Assembly: GCF_009914755.1 (NCBI RefSeq)
Contig: NC_060926.1
Length of the DNA stretch: 64,000 bases
Origin: the human T2T-CHM13v2.0 reference genome, Homo sapiens
Strand: one strand, 5' to 3'
Part shown: positions 32,411-45,570 of the stretch, piece by piece
How the letters are laid out: every line of letters starts with the position of its first letter
How positions within the stretch are numbered: position 1 is the first letter of the stretch
Translations under genes and position numbers: made by a program
Notes under the pieces: model-generated
What the model was told of the DNA's origin: nothing
The model's database searches: none
Seen by the model: only the letters and a program-made list of their open reading frames with translations

Positions 32411-32624
32411 AAAAAGAAAACTGCAGACAAATATCCCCTATAAATATTAATGAAAAAATGTCAAATAATTACTAGCAAACCATATTTAGCAGCATATCAA
32501 AAGGATTATACATCATGACCAAACAAAGTTTATTCCTGAAATGCAAGGAGAATTCAGTATATAAAATTCAATTAATGTAACACATGGGAAAAACCCACAA
32601 CAAACTAAGAATAGAAAGAAACTA

Positions 32625-32903
32625 GGCTGGGTGTGGTGGCTCACGCCTGTAATCCCAGCACTTTGAGAGGCCAAGACAGGCGGATCACCTGAGGTCGGGA
32701 GTTTGAGACCAGCCTGACCAACATGGAGAAACCCCATCTCTACTAAAAATACACAACTAGCTGGGTGTGGTGGCACATGCCTGTATTCCCAACTACTCGG
32801 GAGGCTGAGGCAGGAGAATCGTTTGAACCCAGGAGGCGGAAGTTGTGGTGAGCCGAGAGTGTGTCGTCATTTCACTCCAGCCTGGGCAATAAGAGTGAAA
32901 CTC
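32625..32903 (+). mobile_element. Alu (AluSp-like)
   Basis: cctgaggtcgggagtttgagaccagcctgaccaacatggagaaacccc diagnostics. The 3' end runs directly into L1 sequence. Confidence 0.95.
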
Positions 32904-33626
32904 AAAACCACTATGAGATACCATCTCACACCAGTTAGAATGGCAATCATTAAAAAGTCAGGAAACAACAGGTGCTGGAGAGGATGTGGAGAAATAGGAA
33001 CACTTTTACACTGTTGGTGGGAATGTAAACTAGTTCAACCATTGTGGAAGTCAGTGTGGCGATTCCTCAGGGATCTAGAACTAGAAATACCATTTGACCC
33101 AGCCATCCCATTACTGGGTATATACCCAAATGACTATAAATCATGCTGCTGTAAAGACACATGCACACGTATGTTTATTGCGGCATTATTCACAATAGCA
33201 AAGACTTGGAACCAACCCAAATGTCCAACAATGATAGACTGGATTAAGAAAATGTGGCATATATACACCATGGAATACTATGCAGCCATAAAAAATGATG
33301 AGTTCATGTCCTTTGTAGGGACATGGATGAAATTGGAAATCATCATTCTCAGTAAACTATCGCAAGAACAAAAAACCAAACACCGCATATTCTCACTCAT
33401 AGGTGGGAATTGAACAATGAGATCACATGGACACAGGAAGGGGAATATCACACTCTGGGGACTGTGGTGGGGTGGGGGGAGGGGGGAGGGATAGCATTGG
33501 GAGATATACCTAATGCTAGATGACGAGTTAGTGGGTGCAGCGCACCAGCATGGCACATGTATACATATGTAACTAACCTGCACAATGTGCACATGTACCC
33601 TAAAACTTAAAGTATAAAAAAAAAAA
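32902..33626 (+). mobile_element. Young 5'-truncated L1 (L1PA2/pre-Ta-like): ORF2 C-terminus, 3'UTR and poly(A)
   Basis: Open ORF2 C-terminus ([39 protein letters not shown]...HRIFSLIGGN*). G-rich 3'UTR tract at 33457-33490. GAG rather than ACA at 33525-33527, and AAACTTAAAG. Confidence 0.96.
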
Positions 33627-33859
33627 GAAGACATAAACCAAAAAAAAAAAAAAAAGAATAGAAAGAAACTATCTCAGTATAATAAAGGCCATAAATGTAG
33701 AATCCCCAGGACTGTGATACTAAATTGGAAAATACAAAGAGCTGATTTCCTATTATCAGAAACAAGGCAGGATACCCACTTTCACCACTTCCATTCAACA
33801 CAGTATTGGAAGATCTAGTTAGATCAATTATGGAGGAAGTCAAAATAAAAGGTGTCCAC

Positions 33860-34186
<327 letters not shown>

Positions 34187-34929
34187 TTATCTCTGTTTGC
34201 AGCTGACATAATCTTGTGACATGATCTTATGGGCAGAAAATTCTAAAGATTACACAGACGAACTTTTTGAACTAATACATGAATTCAGGAATGTTGCAGG
34301 CTACAAAATCGGCAAAAAAAAATCAGTTGCATTTCTATATACTAACAATGAATAATCTGAAAAGGAGATTAAGAAAATAATTACATTAATAATATCATCA
34401 GCAAGAATAAAACACTTAGGAATTAGTTTAACCAGTAAGGCAAAGGACTTGTACACTGAAAACTACAAAACATTCCTGAAAGAAATTTAAAGATACAAAT
34501 AAAGAGAAAGACATCTCATGTTTCCCTCAGTCCATCTCCAAGCTGTCCTCACACCTATTTGTCTTTCTTTGCTCACAGCTCTCTATGCAGCTCTCCTTTC
34601 TTCCCTTCTCCTTTTCTCTCTCTCTCTCGCTATATCTCTTTGTGTTTTTCCCCTTCCTTCAGAAAAATAACACTTCTTCTACTCTCTGCCTCATTCACAT
34701 TCACTTGAGAACCAAAAATTCCCCTCAGTGCTTAGTATTCCCAGCATTGGGAAAAGTATGTCACATTCTGTAATGAGAACCAGTGTCATCTACCCCCAGA
34801 GGTCTTGGAAGTAGCTGAAGGTTCTTTGGAAACTTCAGAGACGTCTTTGTCTTTCTCATTTTCTTCTAAGTAAATTAAGACTTTTTTTTTCCCCAAGAAC
34901 CAGCATCTAAGATAAAAATGTTAAAAATT

Positions 34930-35342
34930 TACTATGACAGGCATAAAAAGGAATGAAATCTGAGTTATGCTGTAACTTGGATAAACCTTGAATACATTAT
35001 GCTAAGTAAAAGCACCTTAAAGACATTGTGCTAAGTAAAGTTCCCATATGTGATTTTATTTATATGAAATGTCCAGTACAGAAAAATCTGGAGACCAAGT
35101 ATGTTACTGATTATTTAGGTCTGGAGGAGGGGGTGTTGGGGAAATAAAAGCATTATAGCTAAAGGCTGAAGGGTTTCTTTTAGCAGTGATAAAAATATTC
35201 TAAAATTGACTGTGATGTTGCTTGCACATACATGTGAGTATATTAAAAAACTGTAGTATTCACTCTGGGCAAATTGTAATGTGTGTGAATTATATCTCAA
35301 TGCATTTCTATCTAAAAATTAAAAAATTAAAAAATAAAAATG
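34930..35342 (+). mobile_element. Old L1 (MB/ME type) 3' end
   Basis: cataaaaaggaatgaaa...cattatgctaagtaaa...gtgaattatatctcaat followed by an A-rich tail. Confidence 0.75.
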
Positions 35343-35344
35343 AA

Positions 35345-38300
35345 AAAGACACACCTAGAAAGGAAAACTATGGGCCAAAATTCTCATGAACAGTGGTGCA
35401 AATACCCATAGCAAAATATTATAAATCAAATATAACCATGTATAAAAATAATTAAAGAATCAACAAAAACAGTTCTAAAACTAATGAATAATTAGCAAGG
35501 TTGTAGAGTACAAAGTTACTACGCAAAAGTATACCATGACCAAGTGGAATTTTTTTCAGGTATTCAAGACTGGTTCTATATTCTAAAGCCAAACTATATA
35601 ATTCAGTATATTAATAGTTCAAGAATAAAAATTATATAGTCATTCCGTTGATGTAGAAAAAGCTTTTAACCATATTCAAGAACAATTTATTATAAATACT
35701 GTCAGCATATTAGTAATAATGGTGATTTTCTCACCTTAATAAAGAAGATATACAAAATACTGTTAGCTAACATCACACTTACTCATGAGAAACTAGCTTA
35801 TTTTGCACAAATATTAGGAAAAAAGTATGGATATCCCTTCTTACCTCTTATTTAACATCATACTGGAAGTTCTAGCTAATGCAATACCAAAAGAAAAGGA
35901 AATTAAAAATAAACAGATTGGAAAGGAAGAAATAAAACTCTGTTTGTAGATGACTTGTTTATTTATGTAGAAAATCCCAAAGAATCAACAAAACAGTTCT
36001 AAAACTAATGAATAATTAGCAAGGTTGTAGAGTACAAAGTTACTACGCAAAAGTCAATTGCTTTTCTATATACAATTAATAAACAATTGGAATTTAAGGT
36101 TAAAATCACAATGCCATTTACATTATCACCCAAACTATGAAACACTAAGGTATAAATCTAACAAAATAAGTGCATAATATATATGAGGAAAACTATGAAA
36201 CTCTTATAAATCAAAGAAGATCTAAACATATGAGGAGGCATTCCATATTCATAGATGGGAAGATTAAAGGTTAAGATATCAGTTCTTTCCAATTTGATCT
36301 ATAGATGCAATGTAATTCCAGACAAAATCATAGGAAGTTATGGATACCAACAAACTGATTCTAAAGTTTATATGGAAAGAGAAAACATTGAAAGCAGCCA
36401 ACACAATATTAAATAAAATCCAAATCAGAAAAAAATACACTATTTGACTTCCACATTTACCATAAAACCACAGTTATCAAGATAGTATGGTGTTAGTAGA
36501 GATACAGACAAATTGATGAAAGAGATCAGAATGCCCAAAAATAGATGCACATTAATAGAGTCAAATGTTTTTTGACAAAATTTTAAATGCAATTTGATGT
36601 ATAAAGAATAGTCTTTTCAACAAGTAGTGCTGGAACAATTGGATGGCCATAGACAAAAACAAATTTAAAAAGTCTGGGCATATACCTTACAACATTCACA
36701 AAAACTAACTCAAGATGAGTCATACCAGTAAATACAAAATGCAAAATATAAAAGTTCTAGAGGAAAGTAAAGGAAAATTTTTATGTAATGATGAATTTAT
36801 GATAATTTCTAAAAACAATACAGAAAGCATAATATATTAAAGAAAAACTTGATAAATTAAACCTTATTATTAATATTGAAACTTCGGCTCTGTAAAAGAC
36901 TGTTCAAAGAATAAAAAGACAAACTACAAACTGGGAAAACAGATATGAAACATATATATTTGATAAAAGACTTGTATTCAAAATACATAAAGATTATTTT
37001 AAACCCAATGACTAGAAAAAAAAACCTACCAGAAAATGGGCAAAAGATATGCAGAATAAAAACAAGCATATGAAGTGTTTCTAAACATAATTTGACAGTA
37101 GGAAAATGAAAATTGAAAAAGCAATGAGATTATATTACAAACCTATTAGAATAGCTAAAACCTAAAAGCTTGGCAATATTTCTTGCTGGTGAGAATGTGA
37201 ACTACGTGACCTCTCATTAATTTCTGGAGGAATTGCAAAATAATAGGAATATGGTTGGGAAGTTTCTTTGAAAAATGAATATAGTCTTGTCATAAAATTT
37301 AGCTGTCTTTCTCTTGGGTACTTATTCAACTGATTTTAAAGTTTATGTCAGAATAAACAGAAGAAAATGCCAAAATCATGCACATAAACACTTACAACAG
37401 CTATCCTCACAATCCCCCACAATTGTAATAAACCAAGATGTCCTCTAATAGGAATAGATTTTTTTTAAGAATGTGGTATGTACATATATACAACTGAATA
37501 TTACTTAGTGATAAAAATAAGTAAGCTCTCAAGCCATAAAAAACATGGAGAACCTTAAATGTATTTGCTAATTTTACAAAGCCAATCTGTGAAGTCTGTG
37601 TACTACATGATTCCAATTTTAAGATATCCTGAAAAAGACAAACTATAAAGCCAATAAAAAGATTAGTTATTGTCAGGAATTTAGTGGGAAGGCACAATGG
37701 TTGAATAATAGTTGAAGCACAGGGAATATTTTGGAGTGATAAAACTATTCTGTGTGACACTTTAGTGGTGAGTGTGTGATACTATTTCTTAAAAACTATA
37801 GAACTTTGCAGTGCACTGAGTGAACCAGATTATATGCAACTTAATGAAAAATTGTTTAAAGTCATTGGGGGATGCTAGGATAAAATGCAAAATGTCACAA
37901 AACAATCTAACTCTATTACAAACATTTAAAAAACTCACTGAAGATAGAGAAAAAGATGCTGATATAAGTAACATTGGAAATGGCTGGATTTTGTAAACTG
38001 AAGACAAAAACATTGTACACTAATGCATAAAGTGGTTTTACACTGGGGTATAGTCACCAGCTGTGAAACTGTTATACATGTAAGTTGGAAATGTACAATT
38101 CTGTAAATGGATAGTGGTTGGTGGGAGCCAACTTTTTCCTGTTGGTTTGAGAAGTTACAGATAAGCAATTAAAGGAGGTTTGAAAGACGCACATGGTAAA
38201 GTGTTACAGTTGAAAATATTAGTATGAACTCATGTTTAGCTTGTCACATATATGGATGGCTATATACAGAAATATTTCTAGGTAAGTGTTTGTACAGGGT

Positions 38301-39335
38301 TAGTATACACCTTATATACATAGTTTTTACTTAGTCAGATGAGAAGGTCTAAAAGAAATGACACCCTTGTGGCAATGAGCACACTAGGTACCCAGATTGT
38401 GATTTCCAATTTAATTTTCTAATTAAAGAAACTAGGCCTTCTTGGAGAAATGACTAATTTTAAAACTGGGGCACAAAATACACAAGATGAGCCTGAAGCA
38501 TCTTAGAGTTCCATAAGTAAAGATTTGCTCAAAAAGCAAGCAAAAATAACCCAAATCTCACAATGATGGAAACATGTTAAAAGGGTGCAAATTTCAACTG
38601 AAAGATCTCTCAGTGACCAAAGGTAGAACAATTTGACCTACAATATAAATAAAATATTATTAGATTAAAACACAAAGTATAAAATAAATATCTGTGAGTC
38701 CATACTGAAGTAAATAAATGATTGAATACGTAAACAAATGGGGGAAATTTGAAAAATCTCCCATGCATAAAAATTTCAAATAATTCATATAGTCTGCCCT
38801 CAGAGATGTGCAGCATAATTCATGCTCCTTCTGTGTGGGCTGTGCATATTGACTTCCTTCCCAAGAGTATAGTATAAAAGCAGGGAGGGAAGGGGATTTT
38901 ATAGTGGAGACACTTGAAAAACACATCCTCAGCCAAGTAATCAAGGTTAACACCCACAGTCTCAAGACGTGTTGACAGTATGTATTCTTGGTGCGATGCA
39001 GTGAAAGAGTGTTTTACTTCTGTGGTCTTTCTCCTAAAAATACATTACCATAGAATAATATGAGAAAAACGTCAGACAAATTCCAATTGAAGGACAATTT
39101 ATGAAATTCTTGATCAGTACTCCTTAAACTTTCAAGGTGATCAAAAGCAAGAAAAGACTAACACACTGTGACAGTCATGAGTAGCCTGAAAGTACACGAC
39201 TATTGATCAATTTCTAATAATTGTAACAAGTAAACACATTAGTGTAACATAGGGAAAACTGGATATAACTCTGTACCCTATTCTTACTTTTTCTGTAAAT
39301 CTAAGTGTTCTTAAAAAGTTTATTAAAAATAAATA
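35345..39335 (+). mobile_element. Old L1 (L1MC/MD type): ORF2 3' half plus long 3' UTR
   Basis: ORF2 motifs (tactggaagttctagctaatgcaata; tgtttgtagatgac; gtcttttcaacaagtagtgctggaac). MC/MD-like 3'UTR ending ctgtaaatcta..aaaaagtttattaaaaa. Confidence 0.85.
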
Positions 39336-39577
39336 TTATTAAGAAAAAGATTATCAAAATTACCCAACCAAAAATACAACCTAGTTTTTATAATTGAAAA
39401 TTTTTCTTGTTGAAATTTAAAAATTACAAAAATGTTTTTAAAGATTGATGAGCTTTTAGTGAAGCAAAGATTATCAAAGCATGAAAATTTCACAAAATTT
39501 TATACAGGTAGACAGAGATATGTAAAATGACTTTTAAAATAATATTAGTTATCTAGAGAAAAAATAAAGACTATCTA

Positions 39578-40021
39578 TACTGCATCAGTTTTCAAGTGAT
39601 AGATAACAAATTACCCTTAACTTTGGTGGGTTAAAATAACCCACAGTTATTATCTTTCAGTTTCTGTGGGTCAGAAGTCCGGACAAGGCTTACCCCAGCT
39701 TGGGTTTTTTTCAATAGCAGAAATCAGTGTGTCAGCTGGGCAATCTAAAGACTTGACTAGGGAGAATTCACTTCCAAGATCATTCGTTTGTTGGCATTAC
39801 TGTAGGTTGTTAGAGTAAGAGTCTCATTCTCTCACTGAATGTTTGAGGCTTCTCTTAGCTGCTTGCCATTGAGCCTTACCAATAAGACCACTTGCTTCAT
39901 CAAAGTGTGCAAGTGAGAAAGCAAGAGTCTGCTAACAAGGTGAAAGTCACAATCTTCTGTAACCTCATAGCAGATGTGACACCCTATCATTTTTACTGTA
40001 TTATCTTTTTTAGAAGTAAGT
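39578..40021 (-). mobile_element. MLT1 LTR, partial
   Basis: ataacaaattaccc..tttctgtgggtcagaagtcc..cacttccaagatcattc. Confidence 0.7.
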
Positions 40022-40023
40022 TA

Positions 40024-40353
40024 CAGTAAGTCTTCTCTTAATATCATTGATAAATTCTTGGAAACTGCAACTTTAAGTAAAACGATGTGTAATGAAACAA
40101 ATATTATCATAGGCTAATTTATGTAAACAAGAGTTAAATTCCTATGACATATTTCTGGTTGGCAAAAATGTCACCAAACTTCTAAATAAAGACCCCAAAC
40201 ACTTCTAATATGAAACATTGAAATAAATGTGAGCTATACTTACATTTAAGAAAAATTAACAAAAACAAGTAAAATACTTGTTTACCCAATAGTTGGTGGA
40301 TGGGTGAGTGACAGTGGTCATAGTGATAGTGGGTTAAATCAAGGAATAAATGT
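40024..40353 (+). mobile_element. MER82-like TcMar-Tigger element, partial
   Basis: TA then cagtaagtcttctcttaa..ttcttggaaactgcaactttaag..cataggctaat..aaacaagagttaa. Confidence 0.75.
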
Positions 40354-40354
40354 A

Positions 40355-41259
40355 ATTTATTTTCTTCTGCTACCTTTGGGATTAGTTTGTTCTTGTTTTT
40401 TTAGTTTCTCTAAGTATGATGTTAGATCATTAATTTGAGATATTTCTGTTTGAGGTAGGTATTTGGTGCTGTCTTCTTATCACTGCTTTTGCTGCATCCC
40501 AGAGATTTTGGTATGCTGTGTCTCTGTGTATTTGAAAAAACTTTTTTATTTCTTCCTTAATTTCATTGTTTACCTGAAGTCACTCAGGAGCAAGTTGTTG
40601 AATTTCCATGTCACTGTGTGGTTTTGAGAGAATTTCTTGGTATTTATTTATAATTTTATTTCACTGTGAACCGAGAGTACCAAGGTAATCATATTTTGGT
40701 ATTTTTTCAATTTTTTGGAATTTATTGAGGTTTGCTTTATTGCCAAGTATGCAGTCAATCTTGGAGTATGTCCTGTATGCAGGTGAGAAGAATATATATT
40801 ATGTAGTTGATGGGTGGCATGTTCTCTAGGTGTCTATTAGGTCCAGTTGGTCATGTTGAGTTTAAGTTTAGAATTTCTTTGTTAGGTCTCTGCCTCAATG
40901 ATCTGTCTAATGCTGACAGAGGGTGTTGAAGTCCCCCACTGTTATTGTATGGCTGTCTAAGTCTTCCATTGGTCTAGCAGTACATGTTTTATGAATCTGG
41001 GTACTCCAGAGTTGAGTGTGTATGTATTTAGTATAGTTAAGTCTTCTAGTTGAATTGAATCCTTTATCATTATGTAATGTCCTTTTTTGTCCTTCTTGAT
41101 CATTGTTGGTCATCATCTGTTTTATCTGATATAAGAATAGTAACCTCTGCTCTTTTGTGTTTTCCCTTTGGGTAGTAGGTCTTTCTCCGACCCCTTACTT
41201 TAAGCCTATGGATGTCATTATACGTGAGATGGGTCTCTTGAAGACAGTAGATGGGTAGG

Positions 41260-41300
<41 letters not shown>

Positions 41301-43300
41301 ACTTGCCACTCTGGGTCTTTTAAGTGGGCATTTAGACCATTTACTTTCAAAGTTGATGTTGATAAGTGAGGTTTTGATTCTATTGTAAAGCTGTTAGCTG
41401 GTCGCTTTGTAGTTTCTATTGTGTGATTTCTTTATATGGCATGTGGGCCATGTACTTAAGTGTGTTTTTGTGGTAGCAGGTATTGTTCTTTCATTTCCAT
41501 GTTTACCAACTCTCTTAAAAAATATCTTGTACAGCTGGTCTAGCAGTGATAAATTTCTATAGCACTTTCTTATCTAGAAAAGGTTTTATTTCTCCTCCAC
41601 TTATGAAGCTTAGTTTGGCTGGATATGAAATTATTGGTTGGAATTTCTTTTCTTTAAGAAAGCTGAAAATAGGCCCTAAATCTCTCCTGGATTGTAAGGT
41701 TTCTTCTGGAAAGTCCACTGTTAGCTTGATGAGGATCACTTTCTATGGGATTGGACATTTCTCTCTTGCTGCCTTTAAGGATTTTTTTGTTTTTGTTTTT
41801 GTTTTTTAACATTGACCTCAGACAGTCTGGTGCCTCGATGATGTTTGTTTTGAATAGTAGCTCACAAGTGTTCTCTGGATTTTTTGTATCTAAATGTCCT
41901 CTCTCTAGCAAGATCAGAAAAATTGTCTTGAATTTTTCCCTTAAATATGTTTCCAAGTTGCTTACTTTCCCTTCTTCTATCTTAAGAATGCCAATAATTC
42001 ATATGTTTGGCCACTTCATATAATCTCATATTTCTTGAAGTATTATTCATTAAAAAGTTTTTTTTCTTTATTTTTAACTCACTGGGGATAGTTTGAAAGA
42101 CAAGTTTTCCACTCTAAAATTCTTTATTCTGCTTGGTACAGTCTAATGATAAAGCTTTCAATTGTATTTTAAGATTTCTTGTATGAGTTTTTCAATTCCA
42201 GAAGCTCTGATGTATTTATTTTTGCTATGTTTGTCTCTTCCTTCATTTCCTAAATTTCTCTAGAAGTTTTCTTGTGTTGATTTCCAAACTTGTCTTGCAT
42301 CTCATTGAGTTTATTTTCAAATCATGCTTTGAATTCTTTATCTGTCTTTTCTTAGTTTCCATTTTGGATAGGAACTATTGCTGGAGAGGTAGTACAATCC
42401 TTTGGAAGTGTGGCTACATTCAGATTTTTCATGGTGCCAGAATTCTTGTTGTGGTTCCTTCTCATTTATTATTTTTTAAATTATTTTCATACAGGTAGAA
42501 TATTTTCTTTTTCTTCCTTTCTTTGTAATTTTTCTTTTTTCACTTTTCCTTCCCTCCCTCCCTAGGGGGTGCAACTGTAGAGAATGCTAGATAGGGTATT
42601 TGGCTTTGCTTCTACCGCCCTGTGAACTTCTGTTGGCAGGTTTTGTATTGGGTTGTGCAGTTTGACCTACAAGCCAGTAGATGGCACTTATAGGAAAGAA
42701 CTGGCTGTGGCCAACGTTGCTGGGTATATACTTGATTTTTTTTTACTGGCAGAAGCTCTTTGTTGCCTCAGGGAATGGGCTGATCCATGGAACTCACAAT
42801 GGTCTGAGCTCCCTGCTTAGTCCCAGGGGCAGAAACCATGATGGATAGGGTTGGACTGGTAGGCCCACCTACAGGTCCCGGATGCCAGGCATAAGTACCA
42901 ATACCACAGGAGAATCCAGTGGGCAGCCATCTAGACATGTGCCTAGGCATGGAGCTGGAAAACTCACTTGGCCGTAAGTTCTCTACATGGGGTTGGAGGG
43001 CAGACTAAACTCCTAATCCTAGATAGTGGGTGCTCTAGATGCCTGGAGATCTGCCTAGGCATGAAGTGGAGAGAGCCCCCCTTGCCCCAGGATCTCCTCA
43101 CAGGAAGTATGGGGTGGCTGAGACTGCTGATCCAGTTGAGCTGGTGCTCCAAATGCCTGAAAATATGCCTGGCTGCGGAGCACAGAGGGACCCCCTGTAT
43201 CAGAATCTCTGCATGTGGAGGAATGGGGGAACTCAAGCTGTTGAACCAGGCAAGCAGGTGCTCCGAATGCCTGAAGATCTGCCTGGGCATGTAGCAGAGA
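40355..43300 (-). mobile_element. L1PB-like 5' portion (repetitive 5'UTR, ORF1, start of ORF2)
   Basis: Minus-strand ORF1 fragment IKLTVDFPEETLQSRRDLGPIFSFLKEKKFQPIISYPAKLSF. Endonuclease fragment DLDSHTITVGDFNT. GC-richer repeated 5'UTR at 42930-43295. Confidence 0.9.
41261..41298. repeat. (TTA)n microsatellite within L1
   Basis: Direct reading. Confidence 0.97.
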
Positions 43301-43390
43301 AGGAAGAACTGACTTCTTAGTGATATTGAGACCTTCTAATCTTGAACACATTATAGCTCTCCATTTAGTTAGGGTTTTTAGAAATTTGCC

Positions 43391-44174
43391 TGTTTCAGGA
43401 AAACTCCCTCTAATCATGATTTTCCTCTGCCCTCACACCACAGCAATAATTATCACAGAAGAAGATTTCTATGACCAAAGGTACGAGGACTTTTCCCCAC
43501 ACGATCAGCAGCAGACATCAGCTGCATGTCCTGACACTGTCTTCCTGGGGATAGTGTCAGATCCCACAGATTGAGAGTTCAGTCCCCAAGACTGCCACCT
43601 GACCCCCAAGACACCAGTTGCAAGTCCAGGCCTCTGGAACTTCTGACCAACTGGCTTTGAGTTGAGATTCCCACAACACCCTCTTTGGGTTCAATTAATT
43701 TGCTGAAGCAATTCAGAGATATCAGGGAAGACATTTAATGGCTTATTATAATGGATATTGCAAAGGACACAGATAAAGAAATGCACAGAGCAAGGTATAA
43801 TAGAAGAGTCACAGAGCTTCCATGCCCTCCTAGGGTGCCCCACTCACCAGGAACCTCCACATGTTTATTGAATGTGGAGTCCTGAAACTCTCCAAACACA
43901 GTCTTCCTAAGTTTTTATGGTAGCATTCTTTCCTTCAGAGCATGAGGTAGGACCCTCTCAGGGAAGAGCCCTAAGACTCACATTCAGGAAGGTAGGAGAA
44001 GATTAGAGAATCCTGCCTTGGGGCAGGTAAAAGGAGGGCAGATGAGAGATTCTTTTTCTTGAGGACTAACACACCCAATATTATAACAAAGGACTGTAAT
44101 AAGGGCTATGTGAGCTATAAACTGAAAACCAGCTATAAACTGAAATAAATATATATATATTTATAAACACCACA
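43391..44174 (-). mobile_element. MER21/MER39-group solo LTR
   Basis: tgt...caca termini; gatcccacagattgagagttcagtccccaagactgcc; gggttcaattaatttgct; gagcttccatgccctc. Confidence 0.75.
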
Positions 44175-44179
44175 TTGCA

Positions 44180-45570
44180 TCAGCAATGTTTTATAGTTGT
44201 TAGTGTAGAAACGTTTTATATATTGTATTTTTATGCATTAGATTTACATGTTTTTGACATTTCACCAGTTATATCTTTTATCTTCTAATGTTTGTTGCTA
44301 TTATATAGAAATAAAATTGATTTTATTTTTGACCATGTATCCAGTAATCTTGGTAAATTCTTAGTTCTTATTTGTTAGTTTATTAAGGATTTCTTTATCA
44401 ACAATCATATCTTCTGTTAATGAAAATAGTTTTCTTTTTTCTTTCCAAACTTTCTGAAATGTATTTATTTATTTTGTTCATTACTATTCAGTGCAAAGCT
44501 ACATTCAAATGGTGAGAATATACAGCTAAGCTTTGAACTTATGAAGAACCATTTAATATATTAGCCATGGCATTAGCTGTAGATGTTTTCAAAATTTCTT
44601 TTATCATATTGAGACATTTCCCTCTATTTATAGTTTTCTGTTTTTAATCACAGATAGATGTCGAAGTTTCTGAAATAATTTTTCTGCATTCTTTGAGATG
44701 ATATATTTTTTTCTTTATATTCAATGTGGTAGATTATTCTATTTGATTTTATAATATTAAATCAATTTTGCATTTTTGAAACAAACCCCACTTAATACTG
44801 TTATTTTATTTAATATCGATTAATACAAATAATAGTAGTATTAAATAAGCTCACATGGGCTTTGAGGGTTGAGAGTGTGTGTGTGTGTGTGTCTGTGTGT
44901 GTGTGTGAATATTTGGATGACAAATTTGTTTCATTTATGTATGGCTATCCTGAATCAGCATGTTAAATTGTTTTTTTTAAGGAAATTTTTGCGTTTTGGC
45001 ATAGTGTCATTTATGATATCCTGTTGTCTCCCTTTTATTATCTGAAGGATGATCAGTATTAACAGTTCATCCTTCATTTCTGTAATTGTTAATTTTGCTC
45101 TGTGTTTCTTTTTCTCTATCTCTCTGTCTCTCTCAGTATGTCTTGTTAGTATGTCTTCTAAAGGAATATGCTATTTCACTTGCTGTACTTTAGAATTATT
45201 GCTGTATTTTCTTTTTCATTTTTTCTGCTCATCTATAATTTGCTCTATTTTAATTATATTGAATTTAAATTACTCAACTTTTTAATGATAGAAAAGTTTT
45301 ACTTTTTTCCTTCTCATGTAAGCATTTATATTATAGGTTTTTCTCTAATCACTGCATTCCACAAATGCATACATGTTATAATTATATCATTTCATTAAAA
45401 ATATTTTATAATGGCCCATATGACTAATTTTTGTCATGACTACTTACCAGTAAGTGATAAACTTTTTAAATTTGTGGGGATTTTCAAGATACTTTATATT
45501 ATAATTATTAATTTAATACCATTGTTTTCAAAGAGTATGCTTTGTAACATTTCTATCTTTGATATTGATT
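44180..45570 (-). mobile_element. Old L1M ORF2 fragments, containing (GT)n at 44875-44907
   Basis: T-rich, degenerate antisense L1 motifs (gtatccagtaatcttggtaaattc; ttttctgcattctttgagatgat). Confidence 0.6.

Noticed and set aside
32823-33413. 196-aa ORF (the longest) fusing an Alu-derived N-terminus to the L1 ORF2 Cys-rich C-terminus
   Set aside because: It starts at TTG inside the Alu, with no promoter or splice evidence. The in-frame join has a one-in-three chance and the young L1 is simply still open. Not called a gene.
42964-43417. Several 93-120 aa ORFs on both strands
   Set aside because: They lie in the repetitive L1 5'UTR and show no recognisable domain.
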